A stretch of DNA of 63,120 nt, the filler included, from Choristocarpus tenellus KU-1152 (lineage: Eukaryota; Protista; Phaeophyceae), in NCBI GenBank assembly GCA_964200185.2. It is 10 parts of 10 records of this genome, joined end to end, with 100 filler letters (N's around TTAATTAATTAA, not from the genome) between each part and the next. Parts side by side here need not be neighbours in the genome. Positions count along the whole stretch, not along the records: positions 1 to 7,951 come from CAXNAD020005348.1; positions 8,052 to 12,704 come from CAXNAD020013621.1; positions 12,805 to 18,041 come from CAXNAD020011396.1; 7 more parts are not named here. One strand, given 5' to 3'. This document shows, in pieces, positions 1 through 12,871 of the stretch (positions are counted from its first letter, which is position 1; each line of letters begins with the position of its first letter). The position numbers and the translations under genes were made by a program. The notes beneath the pieces are model-generated. The model saw only the letters and a program-made list of their open reading frames with translations. It ran no database searches and was not told the DNA's origin.

Positions 1-1585
1 CTCCCCCTCAGTCCAAATCCCCCCCCCCCCCAAGTAACCCCAAAATCTGTTGCACTTTGATAGAAAATCACTTCAAGAGGTGTTAACACCCTCCGAAGTG
101 GCCTGTGAGATATACAAGCCCAGACACTGCAAACACGTCGCAGTAGACCTGCTGGTACTTAGGAAGAAAATAACCACATGCAATAGAAAATAAAAAATAA
201 TCACAAGGTAGTCTCCTAGTTGATGTCCATCTCGTGCACATCCCCGCCTTCCACCACTGCCCCCTCCTCTCTGCACGTGAGCTCTTCGGTAGAAACTTGA
301 CCGTCTCCTGAGCTAGCGAGATGACCACTTTCTCCAACTCCTGTATATCTCCGCTCAGCTGCGCCAACCCGTGTAGTCGTCAACTGTGAACCTTCGCCCT
401 CGTCCTGAGACTGTTCAAGCCCAAAAGAGAGAGAAAGATTCACCTTTGCCTCTTCACCAAATGATCTGCTCTCGGGTCGAGTCCTTTTTTTGTAGTCCTT
501 ATGTCGTAAACGCTGGTCACGGAATTCCAGCGGAAGCTCACGACCTGGTGGATGAACAGGCGAAGAATTCGAAAATGAGTTCAAAACAGTTTGAGATCCA
601 GCAAGGATAACTAGCAAGTTCAACGTAACTACAAGATGTAGCGCCGATGTCAAGGGGGGTACGGACGACTCGATAAGGAGAGAGTGTAACGGTTAGGGTA
701 ATTAATACTTATTGACACCCCTTGTAATCTACCCTAGGTGGGCAGACATGCAATAGGATGCCGCAATACATTTGCCTGACTTGCATTGTCCCGCATGCAA
801 AAAATGTGGAAAAACGACAAGATCCTATAATGGCCACACGAGATCTCTCGATTTCATGAACATGAAATGCGCAAGCCATTAATCATCACCTGCGTCCGGA
901 ACAGGGGAGACGTCCGCACGTATGCAAGGCGGTGTGCCGTCCATCCTCAGGAAGTCCGACTCATGCTTTGCCCCTTTGGGGGGGATGAAACGTCAGGATA
1001 TAGAAAAAAAGAGATACTCAAGAATGAAACACACAGTCAAACCAATATCTTTGCCTGGCTCTCCCTTGCTCCCCAATGTGCCCAATAGATCAGCTTGAAT
1101 CCTTTACGCTCTGGAAAATATGCAAATATCACGACACCCTTCTCGTGTCCTTGTCTAGCGTCAGTTGATGACAAAAGACGAGATAGATCCAATTTGAAGT
1201 TTGTCAGAGATTGCCAGATGTGACAAAGATGTTCCAAATGTGTCAGGTTAGAGCCGAAAGGAATCAGCTGGTTGGAACCTCCAGACCTGTCCGATCAATG
1301 TAGTATTCACTCAACTACTACTGTGCATTCCTTGTTACCTTCCACTGTCTTATGCTCAAACGGTCCTTGGAGTATATGGAAGGCGTTTCGTATGTTATCC
1401 TTTACCTTACTTACCTACCACGATTGTATATGTGTCTCTAATCAAGTTGATGACAAAGAAGCAAAAGCCGAAAGGAGGAGAGTGCGACTGGATCCAACTG
1501 GATATTTCCCCCTCATAGTAGTGCAGGTGTTGGGTAACTGGTAGTCTTTGGAGGGTGGAAGACGCATTTGGAGGTAGAAGTAGAA

Positions 1586-4500
1586 ATGATTTTCATGCTG
1601 CTCTGGTTGGGTTACCTTACAATTGTTAAAGGATTTATCATGATCCAACCTCGTCATTACCAGGGAGGTCGATTTTGTGAAAGTCGTTCTTTGAAAATGA
1701 TGACGATTGACAATGGTGAACAAAGATCGGTGGTGGTGGTGGGCCTCAACTCTGCACTACAACGTAGATTGGTGTTTTCGCCCCCAAAAGGGTTGGAGGT
1801 CGGGAGAGTAAATAGGGCATCCAAGGTTGGTGAGGGGGTCGGAGGAAAGGGTCAGAATGTTTGCGTCGCCCTGCGTCAAATTTTTCGGCAAGATGATACA
1901 GAAATGACTGTGACACTGGCGCAGTTTTCGGGAGGGCGCTCAGGTAAGATTTTTCAGTTGTCTTGTTTCCACTGTCATCTATTTCGGCGCTTAGCCAGTC
2001 CTACGCTTCTCTGACCCCGTCCATTCGACTTGAATCATTAAGAAAGCTTGTTATCATACCGGTTTTCGCCAAATGACTGGCACAAGCTCGCTGCTATCAG
2101 GCACTGCTGTGTGCGATGGACTGATGAACCTTGGTGTGAAGCTGGTGAATTTGGAGACTGCAGCGCACACGCGCACTTGCACATCGCTGATTGATAAACG
2201 CTTCGGAGAGACCACAGAAATCACAGAGCCATGGTCTGGGCCGGTGAGAATATGATCAAATCTCCATCCACTTCAAGCACGATACGGCGGAGGCCGTGGT
2301 GGGTTTGTCTACTGCTACCCCATCAAATTAGTGGACTACCTCTGTTTCAGCATGCAGGTGCTTTCTTGGTGACAGTACTATCATGATTGTAGATATCCAT
2401 GATTAGCAATAGATGTGTATTTTGTTGAGACTACTGAGTAGCACTATGATCTTATATTGGACTATCTCTAGTCGGTAAATTGGTCCTTATATGAACCAAC
2501 CATGCTCCCATGCCGAGAAGTCGGCAATGAATGAGACAACCAAACTTCCTGTCTTCACTGAGTCCTGACCCAGACTTATTCCTTGAACCATGCAACAGAT
2601 CACGGAAGAGGAGCAGGATGCCCTCTTGGAGGCGTGTTCAAGAGACTTTGCTTGTACCTCACAAATCAGTGGGATGGCCTTCATGGGCAGCGTCCCAGAT
2701 GGAGTCAGTGAGGGCATATACGCACAGGTGGGAAAGAATGGTGTTTGGTGGATGACATGGGGTGTTCTAATTGATAGTGCTTATGCGGGATACAGTGGGT
2801 GTAACAGTTTTGGGATACCCCAGGATACAGTATGCCATGGCAAACACTTGACTTGAGAAGCTGTATGGATGGTGGCCCTGCCCGATGGAAAGGTTATTCT
2901 TGAGATAGTGCAGTATTGTAAAGTGGAGACTTTGGTAACCTGAAGTCTCCACTATATGGATGTTTTAAGTCCCTCCCTCAGACTGGTGTGCAGGATAAGC
3001 AAAGTCCACCAACATGCAACCTCCATACTTCTCCGTGCACTTTAATGTCCATAGCTCCACGGGATCAGTCCCCCTTTATTCCATCATAAAATTGGCAATA
3101 GTACCCTGCCCCCTTGTGAATTTTTTTCTTGTTTTTAGCCTCCGATAGCCCTCTGTGAATGCCAGTATTTACTCGCAACACCCAAGATACTCCTCAACAA
3201 TTGGTCAAAGTGTTGTCCAACTATGTAAATGCTTGCTTCAGCATGGCATGATGCAATTTTTCCTGCCCAAAAATTACGAAAAACCCAGGTGCTAGTTTAC
3301 CTGCAAGTGAAGTTTGTATATAACCTGACTATGTTGAACCCACTTATTTGCATTCTATGATCTATCCTCTTGGTCTTTGCAACCTGCCGCACCAAGTCAC
3401 TCATATACTCCTGCAGACAACAAGGCAACCAGCCATGATTGTCCTGCATCACTTGATAACCTCCTCAGAGGTTGCTCGCCATCCCACCCTTCTGGAAGGT
3501 GCTTAAGATGGAAATCATGGGGTGAAGTTCCTCAGCGGCTAATGCAACTGTACCGTAATGTACTCTGAAAAGTAGGTGATAGTGCATTACAACAGTGTAT
3601 CCTTTAGTATGGAAAATAAAGCATCCCCCTCAATATATTTTTGCAACTCATATCACGGTTCCCCTCTCAATATCCAACATAATCCCGTTAGATATGATAC
3701 CAGTAACTAGAATTCATGTAGCAAGTAAATCCTAAGGTTGAACCCCAAGAACACTTATATCTTCCCTTGCATTGGCCTTCGTATTTTAATGGGGGGGGGT
3801 CGATATCCACCGTATCAATCGGTATAGTTATTCAATGCATGCATTGAGCCAGAGTTTCTCCCATCTGTCCCCGTTGGCTCAACAAAAAGTCCCACCCAGT
3901 TCACAGAGGGTGCTACTTCAGTGATGCAATGTAGTTGAGAAGTAAAGGTGTGTTAATACTGATGGGTTCTACATGTTTGCACTTTGAGGAGGTGTGTTTC
4001 ATGAGGCCGATTATATTCTTGTGATAGATAGCCCTTCACCTTTTTCATTTACGGTATTATTTTCTTCAACTTGGAGTACTCAATCACTAACCCGTCCCCC
4101 TCACTGGGCTCTGCCACAAGAATACTAACCCTTTGCAATGTCTTTTGCGCAGATCATGACTAAAGCAGCCAAATCCGCAAGTTTCTCTTCGAAGGACACG
4201 AAAGTCATGGTGGACAGTGTCAATGGGGTATTTGAGCTGGTGGAGACGGGATATGTTGGCCTCCTGAAGGTCAGTAAAACTACCAGCGCTCTCTTCAACA
4301 ACAGGGCGGTAATGCAACCCGTTGTAAGTCAGCAGAAACACCTTGTGAAATATCCTCTAAGAAAAGAAATAACATAGCCTCCACTAATCGATCAAACCTG
4401 TTGTGCAGCCCCAACTCAGAGCTAGCAACTGTAAACATGCCCACAGTATAGAAATCATTGATGTTATACCCCTATCTCTAACCATGTCCCTTTACACGTG

Positions 4501-5565
4501 AGCAGGTAAATGCAGAGGAGCTAGTATCCCTTGCGCAGCACACAGGAGCCGAGGATGGCGATGGGGTGTCTGTGTGGATGGAGGAAAAGCTGACAGGGGC
4601 AGCGTTGAGATTATTTGCACACCTTCCTCAGCTTCCGTGTATTGCAGTGACCAACGGGCCTCTCCCTGCCTATCTGTTCTGCCGATCAAACTTGAAGGAG
4701 GGAGGAGGAAAGTTCTCTTCATTCTGGAGGTGCAGTCGGCTATTACGGGGAATTCAGTGTATTGAGGCTATGGGTTTGATCTCATAGGGGATCAGATCTT
4801 CGTATCGTTCCACGTATGTGTTCTTCAAGGTGTGGTATTTGTCAAGAGTTTGGAGAATAGGGGAAGATGTCTATGTCACTTGGCAAATGTTGGTTTTGTA
4901 TGATGCGGCTTTGCATTTGAGCTTGCCTCACCTTTGATCACAACAGTAACACAGAAAGAGGGCAATGTGTTCACACACTCCCAAAGAGTGGGGAGAAACG
5001 TCTCTATATTTGAATGTTGTGATCCATCACTGATCTACCGTTCTACACACATTATCTTGCTATGTACATAATTACTCCTTTGTGTGTACTAATTGCAAAC
5101 ATGACATTTGCGTTTTTATTGATTTTCTACACATCTGACAAAACGGGGGGGGGGTTGTATTTATTTTCTAAACATCAATTTTTTGCACAAGAGTGCTGCA
5201 GCACCAGTTACTCATTCAACATGCTCTCCTATTCTGTTATCATTATATTCTTTAAAGTCCTATATCAATGCATTTCACGCACACACCCATACTGCCTCCA
5301 CCTTTTTTGGCCCTCTGAAAGGTTGACGCCTCCATTTGTAGATGTCGTGAACCCCATTGGAGCAGGGGATGCAGTGGCTGCTGCAATGCTGTCTGAGTTG
5401 ACCCTGGGCACACCTCTACCTCAGGCTTTTCGGGTGGGTTTGGCAACAGGGTGTGCATCCTGTTTGAGCAGAGATCCCCTCTCAAATTCTTGCTTTGATC
5501 AGGCGGAGGCAAAGCAGCTGGTGGCAGAGGTGAAAATGGAGGAAGTGCGTTGCCCTTCTGGCTAG
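1586..5565 (+). CDS. PfkB-family carbohydrate kinase (1-phosphofructokinase/tagatose-6-phosphate kinase-like), 6 exons, probable plastid-targeting presequence
   Basis: Exons 1586-1943, 2101-2243, 2599-2727, 4153-4269, 4506-4729, 5322-5565 join in frame across GT-AG introns. Motifs GLNSALQR, GGKGQNV, TRTCTSLID, GSVP, KVNAEEL and NPIGAGDA (anion hole) are typical of the FruK/LacC branch of PfkB. Confidence 0.9.
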
Positions 5566-7401
5566 ATCACAGATCCGTGAAGAGACTCAAGATTGAAATA
5601 TAGTAGTGCAGTCAAGTTTTTAGGAGTTGAACAAAAGGTAAAAGGCGTACACCAATGGATTGTTGTCGGTATACATGACATGTGTACACATAGTATGTTC
5701 CATTTGGGTCGATAGAGCATATTCACACTCTGTGCCGCCACCGCCTATGCCTTTCTATGTTTGGGTTATTTAGTAGTGTACCAATTTGTTTCTGCCGATG
5801 GAGAAGGAGTTATATTTCTGATAGATACTTCACCAGGCGGACCAACATACCGGGTATTTTGGAGCACCTGCCCCCACCCTGTGCGGCCTCAGAGCAACAA
5901 GACGCCCCTCCTTCGACAGGACATTGCATGGTAGTATGAACCACAATACGGTGCCACAAAGCTTAGATTGTTCCAAATAAGCAACCGCCATGATGTTGAA
6001 ATAACCGCTTCATCTCCTTGAGCAAAGTCACCCTTGTGGACTATGCTCTTCCATGGATCGTGTACGACTGCATCTCAAGAAATGCCCTTCCCCCTCCCAC
6101 CTCCACTTCAGATCACCGTGAGTACCAATGCGAGTGTGTGTGTTCCACAAATTCAGTGAGGTTTCTTGGCTTCACTACTGCTGTACAAGGTGGATTGTCT
6201 TGTTTGTAATAGACACGTCAGTTTGTTTGAACTCTGCTATTTGTAGAGGATTCTTTATTGCACTGTATATATTTTTAATTTTGTTGCATGCTTGTCATCA
6301 AAATAAGTTCAGAGTTTTTGTTATTTTGAAGACGTGCTCTGAACATATTTTTTGGGGTCTTCTTTGGGAGACTCGTCACAGATTGCAGAGCAGTACTTGG
6401 AGCAGAAAGGTGATGACTGATGTGGAGACGAGTGAACAAGGGAGAGTGAAGATGCACTGCTTGCACTGTAATATATAATGTCAATGACATCATGATGGCA
6501 GTGCTTAATAAATGCATTTGTGTTTGTTGTGTAATATCACCAGATGTTTTGATCAGGCAGAGTCTGTCAACACCCCTGGATCCTTCCTTCTCGCCAGTGT
6601 TATGCATCATAATAGCATGCCTGATACAATTTTGGTAGCTGTTACTGTTTCTGTGGTCATGTTGCCAGATGCAACCCGATGCTACTAGAAGTACTTGCCT
6701 CTCATTTATATGTTCTAGGGTTGAGTTGACAGCACACAAAGTTGTTCAAGTTGTCACCTTCACCACTGAGGCTGTGGTTACAGATTCAAGGTCGAGCTTA
6801 GACCACAAAAAATTGAAATGGTGTTTTTCCCGTGAGTATTGGAAGAAAAAAAAATCTGTTACTAAAGCAAACATGTGAGGAGGTATTTTTCTTCTCACCA
6901 TCCCTCCCTTGGTGTTTTACACTATGTGTGAATGCACCCCATGAAGAACCCACAGATGTGCTATCTTGCTTTCATTGGACTGCAGTAAGAATCAAGAAAT
7001 TCACACAGGACACAAATCAAGGTGTGTAGAGGTCCACCAGAAGGTGCACTGAAAATACATAGAAAATTTTCCCCATTGATTTCTGATGTTGATTATATCC
7101 AAAAGAGGACAAAACAACCCTATTCCACCATGTAGGTCTAGAATGGTCTACATATTGTGCTTTGTACAGTCCTCGCTTGGCATCATCCTTCATTATGTAC
7201 TTCACAAGAGCGTGTAAAGGATAAATGCTCTGTGTATTGGGTGGAAATTGTGAGATGATAGGTGTTGATCTACCACACCTTTGTCTCTATAATGATGAGT
7301 ACTTGTAAGTGGTTTAGAGAGTGCTGTGTGTGGTGGCTGTACATAGCATTGTATGACAAAAGGTGAACCCAGTCTCATGTATTGATCGATAGATTCATCG
7401 G

Positions 7402-7465
7402 CACACACTAGTTCAATACATGATGCAATGACGGTCAAACTTTTGCAGGTGATATCTTGCAGGGA
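7402..7465 (+). repeat. Dispersed repeat fragment, second copy at ~10990-11058
   Basis: CACACACTAGTT..ATACATGATGCAATG..AAACTT shared between two contigs. Confidence 0.6.
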
Positions 7466-7824
7466 AGAAAATACATGCTCAGGTCCATCATTAGCAAGGC
7501 AACTGAAAAGACACAGAGAACACAGCAATTATGAGGAAAAGAGAGTTGACCCTGACAATAGATAAAATGCATAGACACATAAAGGAAGGAAAAATATATA
7601 TATCTTACATAGTGGAAAACGAGAGAGGCCAAGCAATCAAGTCCCTCCAAAAACTTAGTTGGTACCAGCTCTAGCATGATGAATATTTCAAGGAGAAGCG
7701 TAGATCCACTCTCTGCTACACATCAGAAAAATCAGGTCAAGACCCGTACACCCACCAAAGGAGGGTGCCCTACCCTAGGTCAGACCCCATACCCAACCAA
7801 AAGCTCCATATTTCATACATAGAC

Positions 7825-7951
7825 TGTGGCCACTTCCATGTGACAAGGTGTGGCCACTTCCATGTGACAAGGTGTGGCCACTTCCATGTGACAAGGTGTG
7901 GCCACTTCCATGTGACAAGGTGTGGCCACTTCCATGTGACAAGGTGTGGCC
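7825..7951. repeat. 24-bp tandem repeat (TGTGGCCACTTCCATGTGACAAGG) x ~5.3, truncated by contig end
   Basis: Identical units with no spacers, read directly. Confidence 0.95.
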
Positions 7952-8051
7952 NNNNNNNNNNNNNNNNNNNNNNNNNNNNNNNNNNNNNNNNNNNNTTAAT
8001 TAATTAANNNNNNNNNNNNNNNNNNNNNNNNNNNNNNNNNNNNNNNNNNNN
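7952..8051. other. Artificial contig-joining spacer (N44-TTAATTAATTAA-N44)
   Basis: The same 100-nt spacer recurs at 12705-12804, 18042-18141, 23189-23288, 29234-29333, 32047-32146, 49980-50079, 53962-54061 and 60066-60165; TTAATTAATTAA puts stops in all six frames. Confidence 0.98.
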
Positions 8052-9226
8052 ACAAAAAAAACAAAAATTTTTTTTTAAAAAAAAAAAACGGGTTCAACCC
8101 CCCCCCCAAAACCCCCCCCCCCCCCCCCCCAATCTTCGGACAGACACTTTTTGACTCTTGATGTTTGCTGTTGGTCACCGGATCCGCAGAGTAACAGCAG
8201 TCCATCACCAATGACACCAGGCTAGTGGCCGTAAGCCCACTACCGATATGGCGTGGTCCTGGTGCCAACAACTTCACAGTGGTGGCAAGGTACAGCGAGA
8301 AAAAAGTGTTCTCACCCCTGCCATAAGAGGTTACTGTCCGGAAAGCTCGTACAGCTGATCGGAAGCAAAAAACCTTATGAATGAACCGGTTGTAGCCGGG
8401 AGCGGGGGGAGTGCAGACACAAAGGAAAAAAAAGGAAACTAAAAAAAAAAAAAAGTGGATATTTTGCGTGCCCAAAGAAAGAGGGGTGTTTGTTGGAAGA
8501 GGTGATTTCCGTATCTCTGTTCATGCCGAGGGCTGGTCTCTCGCCACGCAATGTCACAAACTGCATCGTGTTGGTTTGAGACCACCAACTGCAGAAAGGC
8601 AAAGAGGTTGAGGTTTGGTGGGAGATTCCCCGATTGAAGGTTCAAAAAGTAAGGTGGAAGTGAGAGGTGCTGCGAAGCCACTGCTCTGGCAGTGTTTAGG
8701 AAAAATAACGACTGGAAGCCTCGTAGACACCCATGGGGAGATCGTACCCAGGATCCGACATGATCCAGGGGTGAGAGGGACACATGTCGCAGGACTCTTG
8801 TCACTTAGCTGTCTTAGGCATGACAGATACACTCGCAGTGTGTCATCACTTCACTACTGTCGAACTGTTGGAAGCACAGAGGGTTATACACACACACACA
8901 CAAATATGTATATATATGTATACTAGAAAAGGACATACGATCAATGCTGATCGATATCTTACTAACTATATCGGACCAAACAAAAAAGAAGAAAAGGTGA
9001 ACATTTTCCCCTCCGAAAATGTAGCCTCGCTCCACCACATGCGTAATATGTGGATGGATCATATATAAGCACAAAATATAATTAAATTGCTATAGTAGTT
9101 GCTGAGGAGACAGTCAATCAACTGCCTTAGTCGCTTAACATCTCAAGTCAGCAGGCTCTGCGCACGTTGGTACCATGAAGTAGTACACCAGACCGCTAAG
9201 TTGTGGTTCTGCTCTTCTGTTTTCAC

Positions 9227-10315
9227 CTGGGACCCTGTGATTAAAATGCCTGGCTGGGATGGGTCCCAGTTCACGCGGTTCACACTCCTCAGCTGATCTG
9301 TCAAGACCTTGCCTGTAACCGCTAACCCACTGCGGCCGAAGCCACCATCCCTGCCACTCTCCTTCAGGTCTCCCTCATGTTCAAGATCCCACACTACCAC
9401 GCCCCCATTGGCCATAGATGCCGCAACCTCGCCTCCGTGTGGAGACCATGACACGTCCATGATACTGTAGAACAGTTGCCAAGATTGAGTGTTCAGCGGT
9501 CACACTGAGGAAATGTTGGAGAGTCATGAGGCGAGTTGAAATTTGATATCTATGCCACTCGAAAAAAAGTGGTCAACGAGCAACGTGTACAAACCTCGTG
9601 CCAGACACGTAAGCAAGAAAACTAAAACTAGGGTTACAATTGAACCAAAGTGTTGTCAGCACGTATTCTTATCGCCTTAAATATTTCTTTAGCAATTCGC
9701 TTTTTCCTTCATTTCCTGCCAGGTGTGACAGTCTTCACATCACAAGAAGTAGAAAACTGTGACCAATTTAACTTACGCAAGGCTCCCAAGAAAGATTTCA
9801 TCCATAGGTTAGCTAGAGCGATGAGATCAACCCATATTTTCTCACCTCAGTTTGAACTTTTGGGACTGGACCCTCAGGCTCCTCAACTCAGAAAGTCCTT
9901 CTGGAGCTACTCTCAGGACCTAGTCACGAACATGTACTTTGCATCATCAGAAACATCGTGCCTACGGCTCGTTTCCATTGAAATATAGCTAAGGTGGATC
10001 CTTGGGGTTGCATGTGGGCAGAGGACCACAAGTCCAGAATGGACACATCTCTAAGACCTTGCACGAAAGTAAAGATAACTAAAAAATCAACGCAGCAAAC
10101 CAGGGCGAAGGTTTGGTCAATACCTTGACAATATCTCGTCCTCCTGATACAGCATGTCTATGGTCGAAGGATAGGCTGATTGCGCTGAGGGTTGATCCCA
10201 ATTTCAGCTCAGCAACTACCCCATCCCTGCCAGGCCCTGAAATGCCCACACCCTGCTGTCCCCCTTGCACGGAACCCGAGTCCAGATCTGGACTAGCTTG
10301 AGCTGAGGACGACAT
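9227..10315 (-). CDS. WDR24: WDR24/Sea2-like GATOR2 subunit, first three exons (partial)
   Basis: Exons 10315-10124, 9919-9846, 9464-9227 splice in frame: LSAISLS..AVSGGRDIVK|VLRVAPEGLSELRSLRV..|SIMDVSW..ASMANGGVVVWDL..QLRSVNRVNWDPSQPGILITGSQ, matching the WDR24 N-terminal WD40 pattern (NAISV..VAGR..K; DVxW..ATNGxVVxW; HxRTVNxVxF..LLSGSQD). Confidence 0.8.
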
Positions 10316-10770
10316 TCTGTACTTTCCTCATACGTTATAGCAAGCGAGGTGGGTTCAGGCTAATGCAAAACCATTGGACTTGACTATGTATCTCTGAACA
10401 ACTCTACATGCCAAAATAGTTACCTTGACCAAATAAAGAAGTTGTGTAGTTGTGTTAGTGGTATCTTGTAGATAGGGTCAGTCAGAATGATATATATATA
10501 TATATATGTATATTATATATTATGAATGTTATTTATTCTACAATTATAACAACACACAATAGAGCGAGCAAAATCAAAACCCTTGTGTTGTGGTTGATAG
10601 AATAACTTTTGTGGGTGGAAGGCGGGGACGGAGAAAGGCTAAGAGTGGGAGAGGAAGAGAAAGAGAAAGAGAGTGTGAGGCGGTGAGGGAGACAAGGACT
10701 GCGAGGGGAAATAACGGTACCCAGGTGCAAGAGTGTAGATAAAGGTGACTTCTCTCTCGACTAGTAAAAG

Positions 10771-10926
10771 ATGGGCATCCTTGAGAAAATCAAGGAGATT
10801 GAGGATGAGATGAACAAGACACAGAAGAACAAGGCCACAGAGGGTCACCTGGGCATGCTCAAAGCTCGCCTTGCAAAACTTCGATCGGAATTGCTTACAC
10901 CAGCGGGAGGTGGTGGTGGCGGGCAG
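10771..10926 (+). CDS. Developmentally regulated GTP-binding protein (DRG1/DRG2 family), first exon
   Basis: [44 protein letters not shown] is the conserved DRG N-terminus; followed by donor CAG|GTAGGT. Later exons not found in this contig. Confidence 0.9.
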
Positions 10927-12804
10927 GTAGGTGACCATCTTCTCCTTGCAATTTTCGCCTCGTATCATGTTGATTTGATTGATTGATTGCACACACTAGT
11001 TGGATACATGATGCAATGGTGCTCGAAAACTTCGTGCATATGTTATCATGGAGAAGGAATTAGCACAGAGTGTGCTTATATAGGGTTCTGTGTGTACAGT
11101 GGAGGGACCCTGCCTATTTTCTGAAGCCCACACTAATGCTGATGATGGGGGAGATGGGATCTTAGGTTAAGATGGACATTAATACGATGCCTCTTCGTCT
11201 TTTATGTGGGCGAGAGAGAGAGGAGAGTAATCCCGGTTCATGCGCTGTCGGAGTTGATGGTGTTGTGCACGCCCTGCATGTTCCACGGGGCTCGAATGAA
11301 CTCAAGAGTGTCCTATAGTGTTGCATCATACCTCAAAGAGTGACCGCTTGTCTCTGACACTCGATCTCTACCATGGCAAGGTAGTATGCAGTGGTAGGGC
11401 CAACCTTATGAATACTTCATTCACTTGTTTGCTGCTTTCTTTGATGGCTTTTAAGTTGCGGTTAAAGGTCCATGCTTGTTCGATTGAAACGACAGGCACT
11501 ATTTGTCCTTGAGTTCCCAGCGGAGATGAAGCAGTGATGCGGTGAATTCGGATCTAGTGCCATTTTTTCGCTGATCGACGTGGTCACTGCTTACATTGCT
11601 GTGGGTTTTAGATCTGTGTCATGTGTCTCTATGCTTTGATTTTGGTCGGTTGTTTTGACTACTATTTCCATTACTGAATCGACTTTATGCCTACTGTGCT
11701 CTATTTACTTCTATATCTCCCGATCTTCTTTGCTTCCTCTGTTCAGCATCAGTTGGAACAGTTTGCGGGGCAACCTATAAATGCACAAGATAGAGTAAAA
11801 CTTGACTATATTTTATGGGGGAAAGACTCACGATGAGTTTTACCTAAAATCTCAGCGAAATCCGACTTAGCCTACCTATTTTAAGCTGCCCACTGTGAAG
11901 CGGTAACGAATGCCTTCCTGCTGTGGTGTTTCCCCTCGTCCGTACAAGCTGTTTGAACTGATCCTGAGCAGGGGAAGTACCATTTTTACTACATGCATGC
12001 GCTGGCCAATGTCAACCTAACTCCAGTTTAGTAGTACTATTGTGATTGGTGTTTGTGATAGATACAGAGCTGCAACAAGAGCATGTCCAGTCAAGCAAGT
12101 TTCTTGTTTTGAAGCAAATGTGGTTTGTGGTTGAACCGCCTGCAAAGTGTATAGTCCTGTATCCATCAACATGTAGTCAACCCTTCCGGATGTGATGTTC
12201 ATATATATGGGACATCACAATTGCCTCGATTTTTACACAAAATGTCTTTACCCTCCTTTGAAGCACTTGCTTTGTATATATATATATATACGTACATACA
12301 CAAAGAGTAAACAAAATTATGTATATGGAGCATTCGTGTTTTGCAGAGAGCTGTCGCTGATGGCAGATCCTCGAAAACCTGAGCACCGAAAGCCTAAACA
12401 CTCTGCCAAACAATGGGAGAGCCCTCCTTCAGTCATCAAACTACCTAGGAAGGATCAAGATTGATTTCAACATTGTGCTTTATTCGCTCTTCTCCTGCTA
12501 ACCCTCTGCAACAGGAATGAAACTGTGGCACTCATGGAACCATTCCAACAAGGATACATGCCAGTTTTATCAATACACCGGGAAGAGAACGCCCGCACCC
12601 CCCATACCAGTGAACACCTTTGCCCTCCCCATCCAACCCCTACAACCCCCCCCCCACAAAACTAAAAAGCCCAACTCCCCCCTTTTGTTCCACCCCCACT
12701 TTACNNNNNNNNNNNNNNNNNNNNNNNNNNNNNNNNNNNNNNNNNNNNTTAATTAATTAANNNNNNNNNNNNNNNNNNNNNNNNNNNNNNNNNNNNNNNN
12801 NNNN

Positions 12805-12871
12805 CAGTCAATTTTGGGTCAAGCCCATGCTCAATGAAAAGCTCCATCCTCAATTTTTGAAATCGGCTGTT
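12805..12871 (+). repeat. Dispersed repeat; inverted copy at 17971-18035 at the other end of the same contig
   Basis: ATTTTGGGTCAAGCCCATGCTC..GCTCCATCCTCAATTTTTGAAATCGGCTGTT versus reverse complement of AACAGCCGATCACCAAAATTGAGGATGGAGC..GGATGGGTTTGACCGAAAAT. Confidence 0.75.

Noticed and set aside
83-653. Overlapping minus-strand ORFs as a gene
   Set aside because: Coding-like, but the frame is ambiguous and no family is recognised; cannot support a call.
7825-7951. 24-bp repeat array as a CRISPR
   Set aside because: Units are directly adjacent with no spacers, context is eukaryotic and there are no cas genes.
7952-8051. Recurring TTAATTAATTAA palindrome as a biological motif
   Set aside because: Always centred in a 100-nt N run; an assembly concatenation linker.
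8720-8825. tRNA/SINE-like A- and B-box remnants on the minus strand (also ~22860-22940)
   Set aside because: Boxes are degenerate and no cloverleaf can be folded; too weak to call.
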